Shown here piece by piece: positions 12,919 through 24,600 of a DNA stretch of 64,000 nucleotides; position 1 is the first letter of the stretch, and each line of letters starts with the position of its first letter. The DNA lies in contig MU058584.1 of assembly GCA_013265495.1 (NCBI GenBank), positions 685,235-749,234 on the forward strand, given 5' to 3'. Position numbers and translations under genes: made by a program. Source of the stretch: Vicugna vicugna. Taxonomy: Eukaryota. A model generated the notes under the pieces. The model was not told the DNA's origin. It did not search any database and was given only the letters and a program-made list of their open reading frames with translations.

Positions 12919-14236
12919 TCTGCCCTTTATCTTTAAGACATTGTCACTTGTGTTTATTCATCCTTATGTCTCTTCCAGATTAATCTTATTTTCCTTGTAT
13001 TTCTAATTCTTCCCTGAGTTCTATTAATTTTTGAATTTTTCTAACTTTGATTTATGTTGCTCTTTCATACCTGTATCTTTTAAAAAATGCCTTTAGCTCC
13101 CTTTGAAATGGCAGATTATAGTGTTCATCTGTGTTGTGGTCTTGTCTTTCTGGCATGTGTTCGTTGTCTGAGGGATGTTATTTTGCAATTGTCTTTTTTT
13201 GTATAATAGCTTTGCTAATAGTACTTTTTGTGTGGCTCATTTTTATATGAAATTCATTTTCCTAAATTTATAGAAGAAGGTGTAGTTGTGACAGCTTTTC
13301 TAACTATGTGAGGCTCCTTCTTCTAATGTGTAATTTTTTTTTAAGTTTTTTTTTTTTTTTCCCCTGAGATCTCCTGGCTCTTCCCCTCCCCTACATTTTT
13401 CCTGGTGTCTGTTTCTTTCTTTCTCAACTTTCATTTACCCCATCAACTTGGATTCTCTTCCTAAGATATTTTTTCTCTGCAGGATTTTGCCTTGGAAGGG
13501 AGCTTCAGCTGGTTAGTTTTGAGAGGTCCTAGTGTCTAGATTACTCTGACCTCTTCAGATCTTACAGTGGACCCCCTGCATTCACGTGGAATTAGAATGT
13601 ACAACCCCTGTTTGTTTCAGCTGCTTTCCTCAGATTCACTTACATGAATACCTCATGGCCTGTGGGATTATTTTTCTCTTTGGTTCCTCAGATCAACCGT
13701 TGCTTTTCTCTGCTTCCTTCTACATAGATGCCAGCGTGGTGCAGGTCTGGTGCTGTTGATGGTTTGTCCCTGGCCCCTTGTGTTTTGGGTTTATTAGGGT
13801 TACCTACTTTTGTTGTAGATGTTATCCATTGATTGTGGTTGGCTATCAAGTTGCTTTATTATTAGGGGGATTTGATAAGACTTGAAAGTCATCTCACCAC
13901 TATCTTCTTTTTTTTTTTTTAGAGTTGGATTACCCCAAATCCATGTCTAGCCTTTTTCACTCGGTGTTACAGAGCGTGGATCACTTTCCCATGTTGTATT
14001 TATTAATCAAAAACATTTTAAATTAAAATAAAATATTATGCCTTGGAAATGTATAGTATTTTATTGGACTGTTTACTCACAAATAACATTTATATTTTTT
14101 GTAGATGACTGATTCAGTAAGTAATGCTCATATAGTTAATGCAATGGTGACCGTTTGGACATTTTTATTTTCTTTAATGGTTGCATTTTCAAAAGACTTG
14201 ACAGAAGTCATACGGATGCCTGTTTTTGTGCTTCAG

Positions 14237-14313
14237 CATGCTTCACGATGATCCCAGCAGGAGGATCCCCGCTGAAATGGCGCTGTGCAGCCCGTTCTTT
14301 AGCATTCCGTTTG
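14237..14313 (+). CDS. UHMK1: UHMK1 exon 5
   Basis: tcag|C ATG CTT CAC...TTT G|gtaagt; MLHDDPSRRIPAEMALCSPFFSIPF, end of kinase domain; 77 nt. Confidence 0.96.
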
Positions 14314-14463
14314 GTAAGTTGTACACATGTTTATTTTTCCCTTGGTCATTTGACAGTTAAATATGACACCAGAGCTAATTTATATTCCAAGCTCCTTTGC
14401 CTGCTGCTCATCAGTTTATTTGGAGGGACTTCGCATTTAACTATGTTGTAATGAACTTGACAG

Positions 14464-14562
14464 CCCCTCATATTGAAGATTTGGTGATGCTTCCTACGCC
14501 AGTGCTAAGACTGCTGAATGTGCTGGACGATGATTATCTTGAGAACGAAGAGGAATACGAAG
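14464..14562 (+). CDS. UHMK1: UHMK1 exon 6
   Basis: acag|CC CCT CAT...GAA G|gtcagt; PHIEDLVMLPTPVLRLLNVLDDDYLENEEEYE, start of UHM; 99 nt. Confidence 0.96.
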
Positions 14563-14713
14563 GTCAGTTCTTCCTAAATTATATTTTAATACATCTTTCC
14601 TAACTAAGTGTGGAATAGTCATAGCAATTCATAAGATTCTCATATTTTACTGATTTATTTAATGAGGATATTGAACTATACGATCTCCAAAATACTCCCA
14701 CTTTTTGATTCCT

Positions 14714-15069
14714 GCTGTAGATTGAGTGCGTCCCCTCCAAATCCATATGGCAAAGCCCTAATCCCTAGTGTGATAGTAGTTAGAGTTGGAGGCTTTAGGA
14801 GACAATGGGGTTAGATTAGGTCATGAGGATGGGCCCTCAAGATGGAATTAATACTCTTTAAAAAGGAAGAGACAGGCTCGCGGTCCTCTCCTCCCTCCCA
14901 CTCCTCTCCTCTCCGTCTGCCATGTGAGGATACAGCAAGAAGGCGGCTGTCTACACCAGACACCAAATCTGCCTGCACCTTGATGTTGGAGTACCAGCTT
15001 TCAGAACTGAGAAAGAAATGTGTGTTGTTTAAGCCCCTCAGTCTATAGCAGACCGAGCAGGCTAAAACA
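14714..15069 (+). mobile_element. MaLR LTR (MLT1A-like)
   Basis: TG...CA ends; ccctaatccctagtgtgatag...ccatgtgaggatacagcaagaaggcggctgtc...agaactgagaaagaaatg typical of MLT1. Confidence 0.8.
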
Positions 15070-17815
15070 GTCCCTAAGGTCCTTTTAGCTCTTTCACATC
15101 TCATAAGCTTTTACCAAATAAAGAAGATTAATTTTTTCAGCAACTTCTTTCTGTCTGTTCTAGTCCTGACCTATGCTTCCACTTCTCCTTTTTAGCTTTC
15201 TTTTTTTGCACTCATTCACTCAAGACATATTTACTGAATATGTGCTTGCCACTGTGGGATTATTTCCTGTCTTTAGTGTAATAGGGGAAACAGTTACATA
15301 AACAATTATAGTTCTGTTAAATCTGAAGGTAGGGCGATATACTGAGACAGAGAGGAAGGGTACTTAACTCAATCTGAGTGATACATGAAGGGATCTCTAC
15401 AGAGGTACTGAGTTCTGTTAGGTATTGGCATTGCTTGGCTAAAAGTTGGTTTGAGCTAAAAGTGGCTCAAAGACATAGAGATGAGAGAAAGTGTGGCATG
15501 CTCAGAGAACAGCAGATTGATATGGCTGTATCTTAGGAGCAGTCAGTTGAAGCTGAAGAGGTAGCCAGAATACAGATATCTAATAGGCTTGTTTGCTGTG
15601 TTTAAGAATTTGGACTTTAATCCCAGAGATAGTAACACTGGAATAGAAACTGCACAAAAAAACTTTGCATCAGGGACAGAGTAGTCCCTGGCTTATGATA
15701 AGTACTCAACAAATATTTGTTCTTTGTTGAATGCGGTTAGAGCCATTTAAAATTTAAACTAGAAGAGAGATGCCGTCAAACTTGTGTTTAGTAAGAGCAT
15801 TCTGGAAGCAGTGTGGTAAATGGCCTGAAAAGCAGGACCAAACTTAAACATACCGGTTGCTCGATATTAAACATTTTCTTTGTGGAAAATTAAACCGTTA
15901 CAGATAAGGCTGATTTTACCACACTGTATCTTGTAAGAGTAAACCATTTTATGTTTCTTAGCTTTATATAGTTACCTGACAAATGAAACAAACGCGATTT
16001 CTTTGACTCTGACAGTTTTAAGAATCTCCAGCCTTTGCTTTTTAGGATTCCTCTTTGTCTGAAAGAATAGTCTTGTCCTCAGCAGTGTTTTAATCACATC
16101 ATTATGGTATAGTAGTTCTACGTGCTCTCTTGGCATCTAATTCAAAATAACTGCTTATGTCCTTTAGGTCTGTCTGCCTACTGTACTGTCTTTGTCACCT
16201 TATTCTGTCTCCTCCTAATAATTTTTATCTCTATAAAACTCAAGCTTGGACTTCTTGAATAAATCTTAGGGTAGACTATACCTACTGTTTTCTGTGTATC
16301 TTGCTATGTAACACCTTTTTTTCTACTTCTAAATACACTGAGTATTTTAATGTTTATATGTTGCTATTAAATCTTAAGTGTTTAAGAGTCTTACATGAAT
16401 TAAAGAGCAATGCAGTGCCATTAATGCCTTTGTTAGTTCTGATTTGCAAGGTCATCATCAGATAACACTAGTCTTAAGTAAATTTGCGCAGCTAGAAATC
16501 ACGTGTTGAGACAGTCTTGGTGGTGGAAGAAGTTAGATTCAAACCTTCCACTTTAGAACAAAATAAATTGCAAGTCATGGATGGGTTAGAGTATTCAAAA
16601 CAAAACAAAGAAGTAAGGGAGAGAATAAAACAGAGAGAAAGGAAAAGAAAGGAGGGAAGGAAGGAAGACAGGCAGGCAAGAAGGAGAGAAGAAAGGAAAA
16701 AAAATTTTTAGCTGAAAAATCATGAGAGGTTAAAAACATATTCCTAGAGTGGAGAAGGCCTTTTACTACTATGGCACAAAACTCAGAAGCAGTAAAATAA
16801 TAATTCAGCAAAATTTACCTTGACATAAACCACCACAGACAAAATATTTACAGTCTTATCACAGACAGAAGCTCTATAACTCAAGCCAGTAGATAATGGG
16901 TAAAGGATAGAAGCAGACAATTCATAGGAAAGTATGTACAGTGTATCTCACATGCACATTTCATTCTCATTTATTGAAATGCTGGTACCATACTGTGATA
17001 TCTTTGTCACCTGTCACATTGACAGTGAAATAAATACTTGATAACTGTCTTGTGGGTAAAGTATAGGAAAGCATATTCTCATACTTCACTGGAGAGGGTT
17101 TAAATTGGTGAACCTTTATGAAAGGCAAATTGGTAATTCCAGCAATTTGAAATTCGTATCAATTTTGACTTAATTCTATTTCTAGAAAGTCGGTTTAGAA
17201 ATACATAAGTGAAATGAGATATGTACAAGTTTATTTATTACAATATAGTTTATGATGGCAGATAGTTTGGAAATAGTTTAATTAATCAGCAGTAGGACAC
17301 ATATTAGAGAGGTTGTCAACTATAAAGTGAAATACTACATAGTCATAAAAACAGATAAGAAAATTTCATGTAATGATATTGAAAGATATTGAGAGATCTA
17401 AAAATGTAATGTTAATAAAGAAAAAGTAAGATTGGAATTTTTTTCTTAAAATGATCATATTTGCTTGTATAAACTTATAATATTTATGGAAGGATACAGA
17501 AGAAACTGATAATGTTTATTGTCTTCAGGAAGGGGAACAGAATGACATTTTGGAAAGTCATTTGGGAAGACCACTTTTTTGGATTTGGAATCAATTGAAT
17601 GTATTAACTATTCAAAACTGAAATTTAAAATATAAAAAGAAAATTAATAAATGCATTGAATTTATATTGTTCTTAACTTAGGCTTAATTTTAAGTTACAG
17701 AAAATGACTTCATTACTTAGATATGGACTCTTGAATTCTTTAATTTAAAATTTAAAAATAATGAATGCATTTTAATTACATAAATATGGTTACTCTTATG
17801 TGTATTAATAACCAG

Positions 17816-17904
17816 ATGTTGTAGAAGATGTGAAAGAGGAGTGTCAAAAATATGGACCAGTGGTATCTCTGCTTGTTCCAAAAGAAAATCCTGGCAGAGG
17901 ACAA
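17816..17904 (+). CDS. UHMK1: UHMK1 exon 7
   Basis: ccag|AT GTT GTA GAA...CAA|gtaagt; VVEDVKEECQKYGPVVSLLVPKENPGRGQ; 89 nt. Confidence 0.96.
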
Positions 17905-18471
17905 GTAAGTGGATGTTTTTTAATTCCAGAATGATGCAAAGGTCATTAAAATCCTGTACGAAATGTTTTAGTTCTGTAGAAATATGTGCACTGGATGTTA
18001 TGGGGGATCATGAATTTCGCGTTATGTCTGTTTTTATTTTTTTGTACTTTTCACTTTTTTGAAAAGTTGTATAATATTCATGTGCTTTTTTAAATCAGTT
18101 AGTTTGTTTTTAAAGAATATGAGTCTACTTTTAAGCCATTGTAAACAGGCCAACTGAATCATATGCTGATTTAGGTCAGGGTCAGCTACAGAAATAATTT
18201 GGCCTAATTTTGTTCTAATTAAGTATAGTTAGAAAATGATTTAGGTTAGGTTCTGATTGTAATAGAATTATCAGTGATAATTTTAAACAAGGTGAGAATC
18301 CTGAAAGCTGAGCTCTAGTCTCAACTTGACTTACTTTTTGATGAACCTTAGTTTTTTCATCTGTAAAATGTACAGGCTAAAACTATTAAATTATATGGCA
18401 ACAAATGTAAGAGAAATCTTTCTTTCGTCAGTAGGTTTTTTATTCTTCAGGAAACAGCGTATTATTTTACT

Positions 18472-18678
18472 CTGAGTGTTTCTCAGCCTCAGCACCACTG
18501 ACATCTGAGCCGGGCAGTTCTTTGAGGAGCTGTCTTGTATGTTGGAGGGTGTTTGGCAGCATCCCTGGCCTCTGCTCACTAGGTGCTCTGCTCCCACCGC
18601 CCTCCTTAATTGTCACGTCAGACATGTCTCTAGGCACTGCCAAATGTCCCATGGTGTGTGAAATCACCACTGGTTTTG
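18472..18678 (+). mobile_element. MER20 DNA transposon
   Basis: tttctcagcctcagcaccactgacat...cagcatccctggcctct...gccaaatgtccc...aaatcacc matches the MER20 layout. Confidence 0.8.
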
Positions 18679-21334
18679 GATTTTTTTTTTACGGTTAAGT
18701 ATTATGAAAATTCTTAGTAACTGGAAAAAAAAAAAAAAAAAAAAATCTCACTCTAGCCTTAGTGAAAAGTTCTTATTGCCAGTCTGGTAATAGCAACATT
18801 TACTTCATTCAGTGTCAGGAACATGCTAAATACATCAATGCTGTTTATTTACTAAATCAATATTTTGTGAGCATCTGTTATGTTCTAGGCACAGGGTTAT
18901 AATAGAGATCAAAACAGACAAAAGAATATACAGTGATAAGTGCTGTGGAGAAAAAGAGATTGGAGAAGAGGTTTAACGTGCTGTGGTGGGATGAACTGCA
19001 AGTTTAAATGGGGAGGTGAGGAAGGACATGCGGCCTTGAGTATGCCTGGTGGGCTTGAGGAGGGCAGTGTGGCTGTGCAGAGTGAGAAAAATGGGGACTA
19101 GTAGGAAATTAGATCAGGGAGGTATGGACGTGTAGGGAACAGATTAAGGAGAATGAGCCTTGCAGGCCACTGAGGCAATGTTGGCTTTTACTCTAATGAG
19201 AAGGGAAGGTATTGGAAGATTTTGAATTAAAGACTGACATGATCTGACTTAATATTAACCTGAGTGGTCAAAATGAAATGGAAGACACACAGTAGAGAAA
19301 TAGGAGTAATATTTTCAAGGGAGAAATATCCATGTTTAAGATGATAGGAAAAAAATAAGTCTTTATGAGCAAGAAGGCATTTGCTTTATCAGTGAGAGAA
19401 ATAAGAAGCTTCTACTGACGTTTAAAGGAGAATGAAAGCAAGTTTTGGTAAACTCTTAGAATCACAGATTTAGCTTCTTCAGATTATTGAAAATGTCTGT
19501 TGCCTATTTAGTAAAGCCAGTTTGAATTTTTCAGTTAAATTAACATGTTATTTTTTAAAGAAATATTACAAAAAATTCTGGAAGATAGATTATGGGATGC
19601 ATCTTATAATTATATAAAGTAGTCAAGATTGAAATGTTATGGCTCTAATATAATTATTTAATTTCATAATAAATTATAAAATAAGATGTGTTTCCTCTTT
19701 AATTTAGAATGATGTAATGTGTAAAATTATAGGTTATCTATGAAGCAAGGAATATGATAAAAAGCATGGTAGTCCTTCTGTAAGTTCATCTCTACTCATT
19801 GAACTTTGGTGTATGGATTTGGGACTAATTATTAATCAATTTAAAAAATTCAGAAAGAATTTCGATATTCTAATTGGACATCATCTTCTAATTTTCCTTT
19901 TGCATTTAATGAAAAAGTTTATATCGCTAGAAACTACAGCTAACATACTTTTATTTTTATAAAAAATGAGATATAAAATATTAGGTATATATCTAAGATG
20001 AATGAAATGTGTATTGCGTGATTAGATGATATATTTCATGATTCAGTGTTACGCGTCTTTGCTACCTTGTTATATGAAGTGCACCTACTCTGAAAGAAAG
20101 CACATAAAGCTTTGCCAATATCGTTTTCCCCGTGCAGTTAGATTTAAAATAAACAGCTTAATGAACTATACTGCTTTGGCCGTTTGGAAGTGCTTTGGTT
20201 TCCAGTTAACAGCTTCCCTGGCCTCTGCTCACTAGGTGCTCTACTCCCACCCTCCTCCGCAGTTGTTATGTCAAATATGTCTCTAGGCACTGCCAAATGT
20301 TTAAATATGTCTCTAGGCACTGCCAACAGTTTAGGGATAGGTTTTATGAATAGCTGAAAAGTGCCACTTACCTTTATATATGTTTTTTCTTTTTAAAAGG
20401 CAATTTTTAGCCCTGGATGATCTCTACTTTGTTTTCAAGAGTAATGCATAGCTTGAAATAGTCATAGAATGGAAGAGACAAAGCCAGTTCCATCTCTCCA
20501 CTTTACAATAACTACTAATTCAGAAAATCCCATCACTGGCCACAATATCCCAGGTCTGATGTCACACGTCAACCTTAACAGAAATATTTGCACGAGACAG
20601 GGAATGACCAGTCATAGGCAGGTCATGGTGCATTGTTTACCAATGCAAGAAGAGTCCATTAAAAAAAAAAGTACTGTATTTGAAATTGCCTCTTTTTATG
20701 CCCTGAAGGTTTTTATACCCTTCGGAAATAACTTTTCTTTGCCAAGTAGGGCAGAGGCTCCTGTGAAACAGAAATGAGAAAGGATAACCTGCCTGAACTT
20801 CTAGGTAGATCCAATTTTAGGAAAAGGTACAAATGAAAGTTAAGAATCTGGAAATTGAAGAATCTTAAAACTATGTATTCTTGCACTCCCTTTGAAAGTC
20901 TCTCTTTGAGCACGCTAGGATGCTCACCCCTCAGCTTGAAGAATACTGATGAAATGAATGAGGCTGAGGTGAGAGAGGCAGTTCTTTTCCTGGTTCAGAC
21001 ATTTACTGGTCACTGAGGACAAGTCATTTCAAGTCATTTCACTTCACCGTAACTTTTGTTATAGATCATCAAAAAGAACTAATAAATTATTATGCTGCTA
21101 CTTCTACCAATGGAAAAGGAAATTACCTAGTTTTAAACTTCTTATGATGGTTATGGCTTCTATAGATCTCCTCTGAGGCACTGTTGAAATGCAGTTGTTG
21201 TCTGGGCTGTTCGGCCCTATCTTTGTCAAGTGTCTGGTGGTGTTCAGCACTCCTGTATAAACTTGGCCAAAGGATGTATGTTTGATGAATTCTTTCAGAA
21301 TTGAACTGAGTCTAAGGAAGTATTCTAAACCTTG

Positions 21335-21497
21335 CAGTTGACAAATGTGGTTCCTAGACCAGCAACACTGGCATCACCTGGGAATTTGTTTAGAAATGCG
21401 GAGACTCAGGCCCCATCTTAGACCTGCTGAAGCAGGGTATGCGTTGTAACAAGGTCCCCAAGTGTTACATATACGTTAAAGTTGGAGAGGCACAGTT
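21335..21497. mobile_element. MER5A-like DNA transposon
   Basis: gtggttcctagaccagcaacactggcatcacctgggaatttgtttagaaatgc...aagttggagaggcac; a second MER5-like copy lies at ~29293-29477. Confidence 0.7.
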
Positions 21498-21551
21498 CTG
21501 AAATGATTTTGATGAAAATGAAGTTACTTTGTTTTCTCTGTCCTCTTACAG

Positions 21552-21698
21552 GTCTTTGTTGAGTATGCAAATGCTGGTGATTCCAAAGCTGCTCAGAAAT
21601 TACTGACTGGAAGGATGTTTGATGGGAAGTTTGTTGTGGCTACATTCTACCCGCTGAGTGCCTATAAGAGGGGATACCTGTATCAAACTTTGCTTTAA
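21552..21698 (+). CDS. UHMK1: UHMK1 exon 8 coding part
   Basis: acag|GTC TTT GTT GAG...CTT TAA; VFVEY and the UHM RXF motif (GRMFDG). Exon lengths sum to 1260 nt = 419 aa + stop. Confidence 0.97.
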   Translation, partial: VFVEYANAGDSKAAQKLLTGRMFDGKFVVATFYPLSAYKRGYLYQTLL

Positions 21699-24600
21699 TC
21701 AGTAACCTAAGGACTATTTCCTGTTTTTCCTCTTCCATTTCCTGGGTTATTGTATTCTACATCCGAATGCAGAAGTACCCCCTTATCATTTTAAGGGAAT
21801 ACTTTATACATTTATTTACTCCTACTAATGTGCAGCCATTACTCAAGCGGTGACTGCACTGCAGACATTTGGCACTGAGTAGGACAAGGCCTCTCAGCTA
21901 TACATTGAGGGGTTTTAGAGCATCCATGTGGGCAACCTTTTTTTGTGCAGTAGGGCAAGAGCTGCTCTTCAGTATGTAACCTAAAAAGATGTGGACTAGT
22001 TCATGTGTTCATGAAGCAAAGATGAATAATATCATGTTGTGGTGAATATTATTAACAAATTTGTTAGAGTTGGTGACATCACTTACAGATTATCCCTTTA
22101 TGTTGTCAGATGGTTCTTCCTTATTGCTGATACCCATAGCTGGCACTAATGATAAGTAATTGTCAAGCAGCAATTCCCTACTGTGTTCTTAACACTGAGT
22201 TATGACTTCTTTTAAAGGAGTACTGTAGTACTGAATATTCCTTTAAAGAAACTGCAGTGAGCCTATCTACATTTTTTTTTAATTAAGGCTTTTAAAGTAG
22301 AAAACTGATGCTTGATCTTGCACAATTTTTATGTCTAGTATGTATGCTCGAGTGAGTGTGCAAGTGTGGAAGATTAGAGAAAATCTGAGTCTGTTCTTTA
22401 TAGCGTGAATCTTGTGACTTAATACAGTCTATGCCCATCTCTTCCCTACCTGTTTAGTATCTGTAAGATTTAGGACGTAAGATTTTGGGAGTTGTTCTGT
22501 TTGATATAATGAAATGATAAAATAGGTCATTCCTGAGAGGCCTAGAATAAATGAGTTTAGACTGGGTTACACTGAAACTCTCTTGAAAAGTTTTGCTACA
22601 TAAATTGTCCCGTCCTTCAGTCTGCTTTAGACCCTGTATTAGCTCATCTGTTTTCTACTGAATCTTCTGCGATCGTTGGAGGGTTTCTCAAGATAGAGTT
22701 CTGCCAGCTATGATGGAAAATTGAAGTGGGTCAAAAAGAAAGAAATAGATGTTCAGTGAAGGGAAAAGAAAAAAAATGGACAAAGTCATGGTGAATGATC
22801 AAGGATTCTTCTCTCTTCCTTTCTCTCTCTTATCTCCTGCCCGCTCCTTCTTTTCCCTTCTTCTTTACCACTGTCGTTAGCGGGAGAGAAGTTAGAGGAA
22901 AGCATCCCAGGTGGTCTGGCTTTTGACTGCAAGGAAGTTAAGAAAGGTGTAGCTATATAATAGCATGGAAGTAGAAAGGAAGAAAGCTCATAAAGAACTC
23001 TTTAAAAGGATTCATAGTGATTTAACGTGGCCCCCAGTAGAGGATACTAGTATGCGTGAGCTCACGGATACAGGTTGATTACATGGTTTTAGGAATTATA
23101 ATTATGGATTCCTCCCACTTTATAGTAGATTGTCTTCAAAGGTTCAAAACTTAGGAAACCTTTATAAAGCACTGACTATTCAAAAGAAAAAGTTGTATAC
23201 AGTTGAATTTTTTGTTTTCTTACCTAAATGAAAATTTTATTTATTTATTTTTTTCCTAAGGAAAATGTCTTTTGTATCTCTCCCTACTGGAAGCTTCCTC
23301 ATATAGTCTTTCCTTGTATGTGCCATGCAGGTGATTTAGAGCCCAATTAAGAATGTATATTTTAGAGCATGAATTACGTTACCCTATTCAAACAATTACT
23401 ATTTGACATTTTAGTTATTTGCAGTTATCTAATTATTCAGGACTCTCCTTAATATTTATTATGAAGCCAAATTTTGTATAAGGAGGTGGATAAATGAATT
23501 GCCAAAAGGCCTTGTGGCATGGTGCCCAAGGGAGAATTGTATAGTCACCTTCTAAATATGTGCCCCTAGAAGGAGGAACTATTATTTTTCATTTTGGCCC
23601 TTTCAGAGGTTGATTAGCTGGTTTGTTTTCAAATAGAAATTCAAGAGAGTATCACCAGTATTGTGGAGACCTCAGCTTTCCTAAAACATAAATGTTTGTA
23701 CGGGTAGCAGCTTCCATGGTGATTAAAAACACCAGGTCCTTCCATATGTACTGATGAACACAGAATGCAAATGATTTCCTCTTAAGGGCAAGTATTCTGG
23801 GTTAGCACATGTACTTTTCTCTTCCCCTCTCCCCCCACCACCACCAAAAAGAAAAAAATCCTTACAAATAAACTGCAGGTAGGCTTCTAAGCTTAATGAT
23901 GCAGTATGCTGCTAACATCTTGATGCTGAATTTCACAGCATTCTTTGATTGTCTTCTAATTGCTGATGTATTCATGCATATGTAGTGTTTGACACTGTAG
24001 AATTTTATTACAGAAGATGCTAACTAGATTTTAAGGGAGCTGAGGGAATAATTGATGAGCCTAAGTAACCATGCATTGAATTAAATATTTTATAATAAAG
24101 CCACAGAACTGAAAAGAGATACCCCCCAGTGATTTAAATGGTTATTTTATAGCTCTTAGCCCCTTACTACCAAAGATGACATTTGCAGATTCTCCCTCCC
24201 TCTGATATTATAAGAAATTTAATCCTGATAACTTTTTTAAACCTGAACCAAATATTATTAAAAGATGCAATTTTCATGATTCTTTTAGGATGAAATATAT
24301 ACACAGATTTTGATTCCTTGAAGTTATTAAAAACCTAGAAATTTTCATTTTGAGAGGTGAGGGTTCATGTCGCTTAACACCTACCATTTTGGGAAAATTT
24401 TATCTCAGGTAGTTTTTCTTTCCCTAAATTTATATCTGTGCTTCCTTCTCTCTTGCCTTTCAGTTTCTTTTTTTATTGTTCCATGGTATTGTCATGGTAC
24501 ATTTTTTGTCCCAGAAAAGGCATATAAATTGATTATTCTATAGGAAGTCTTTGGTTCTTTGGAAACATTTGAAGAAGGTGGCTAGTTGGCCACTGTCAAA

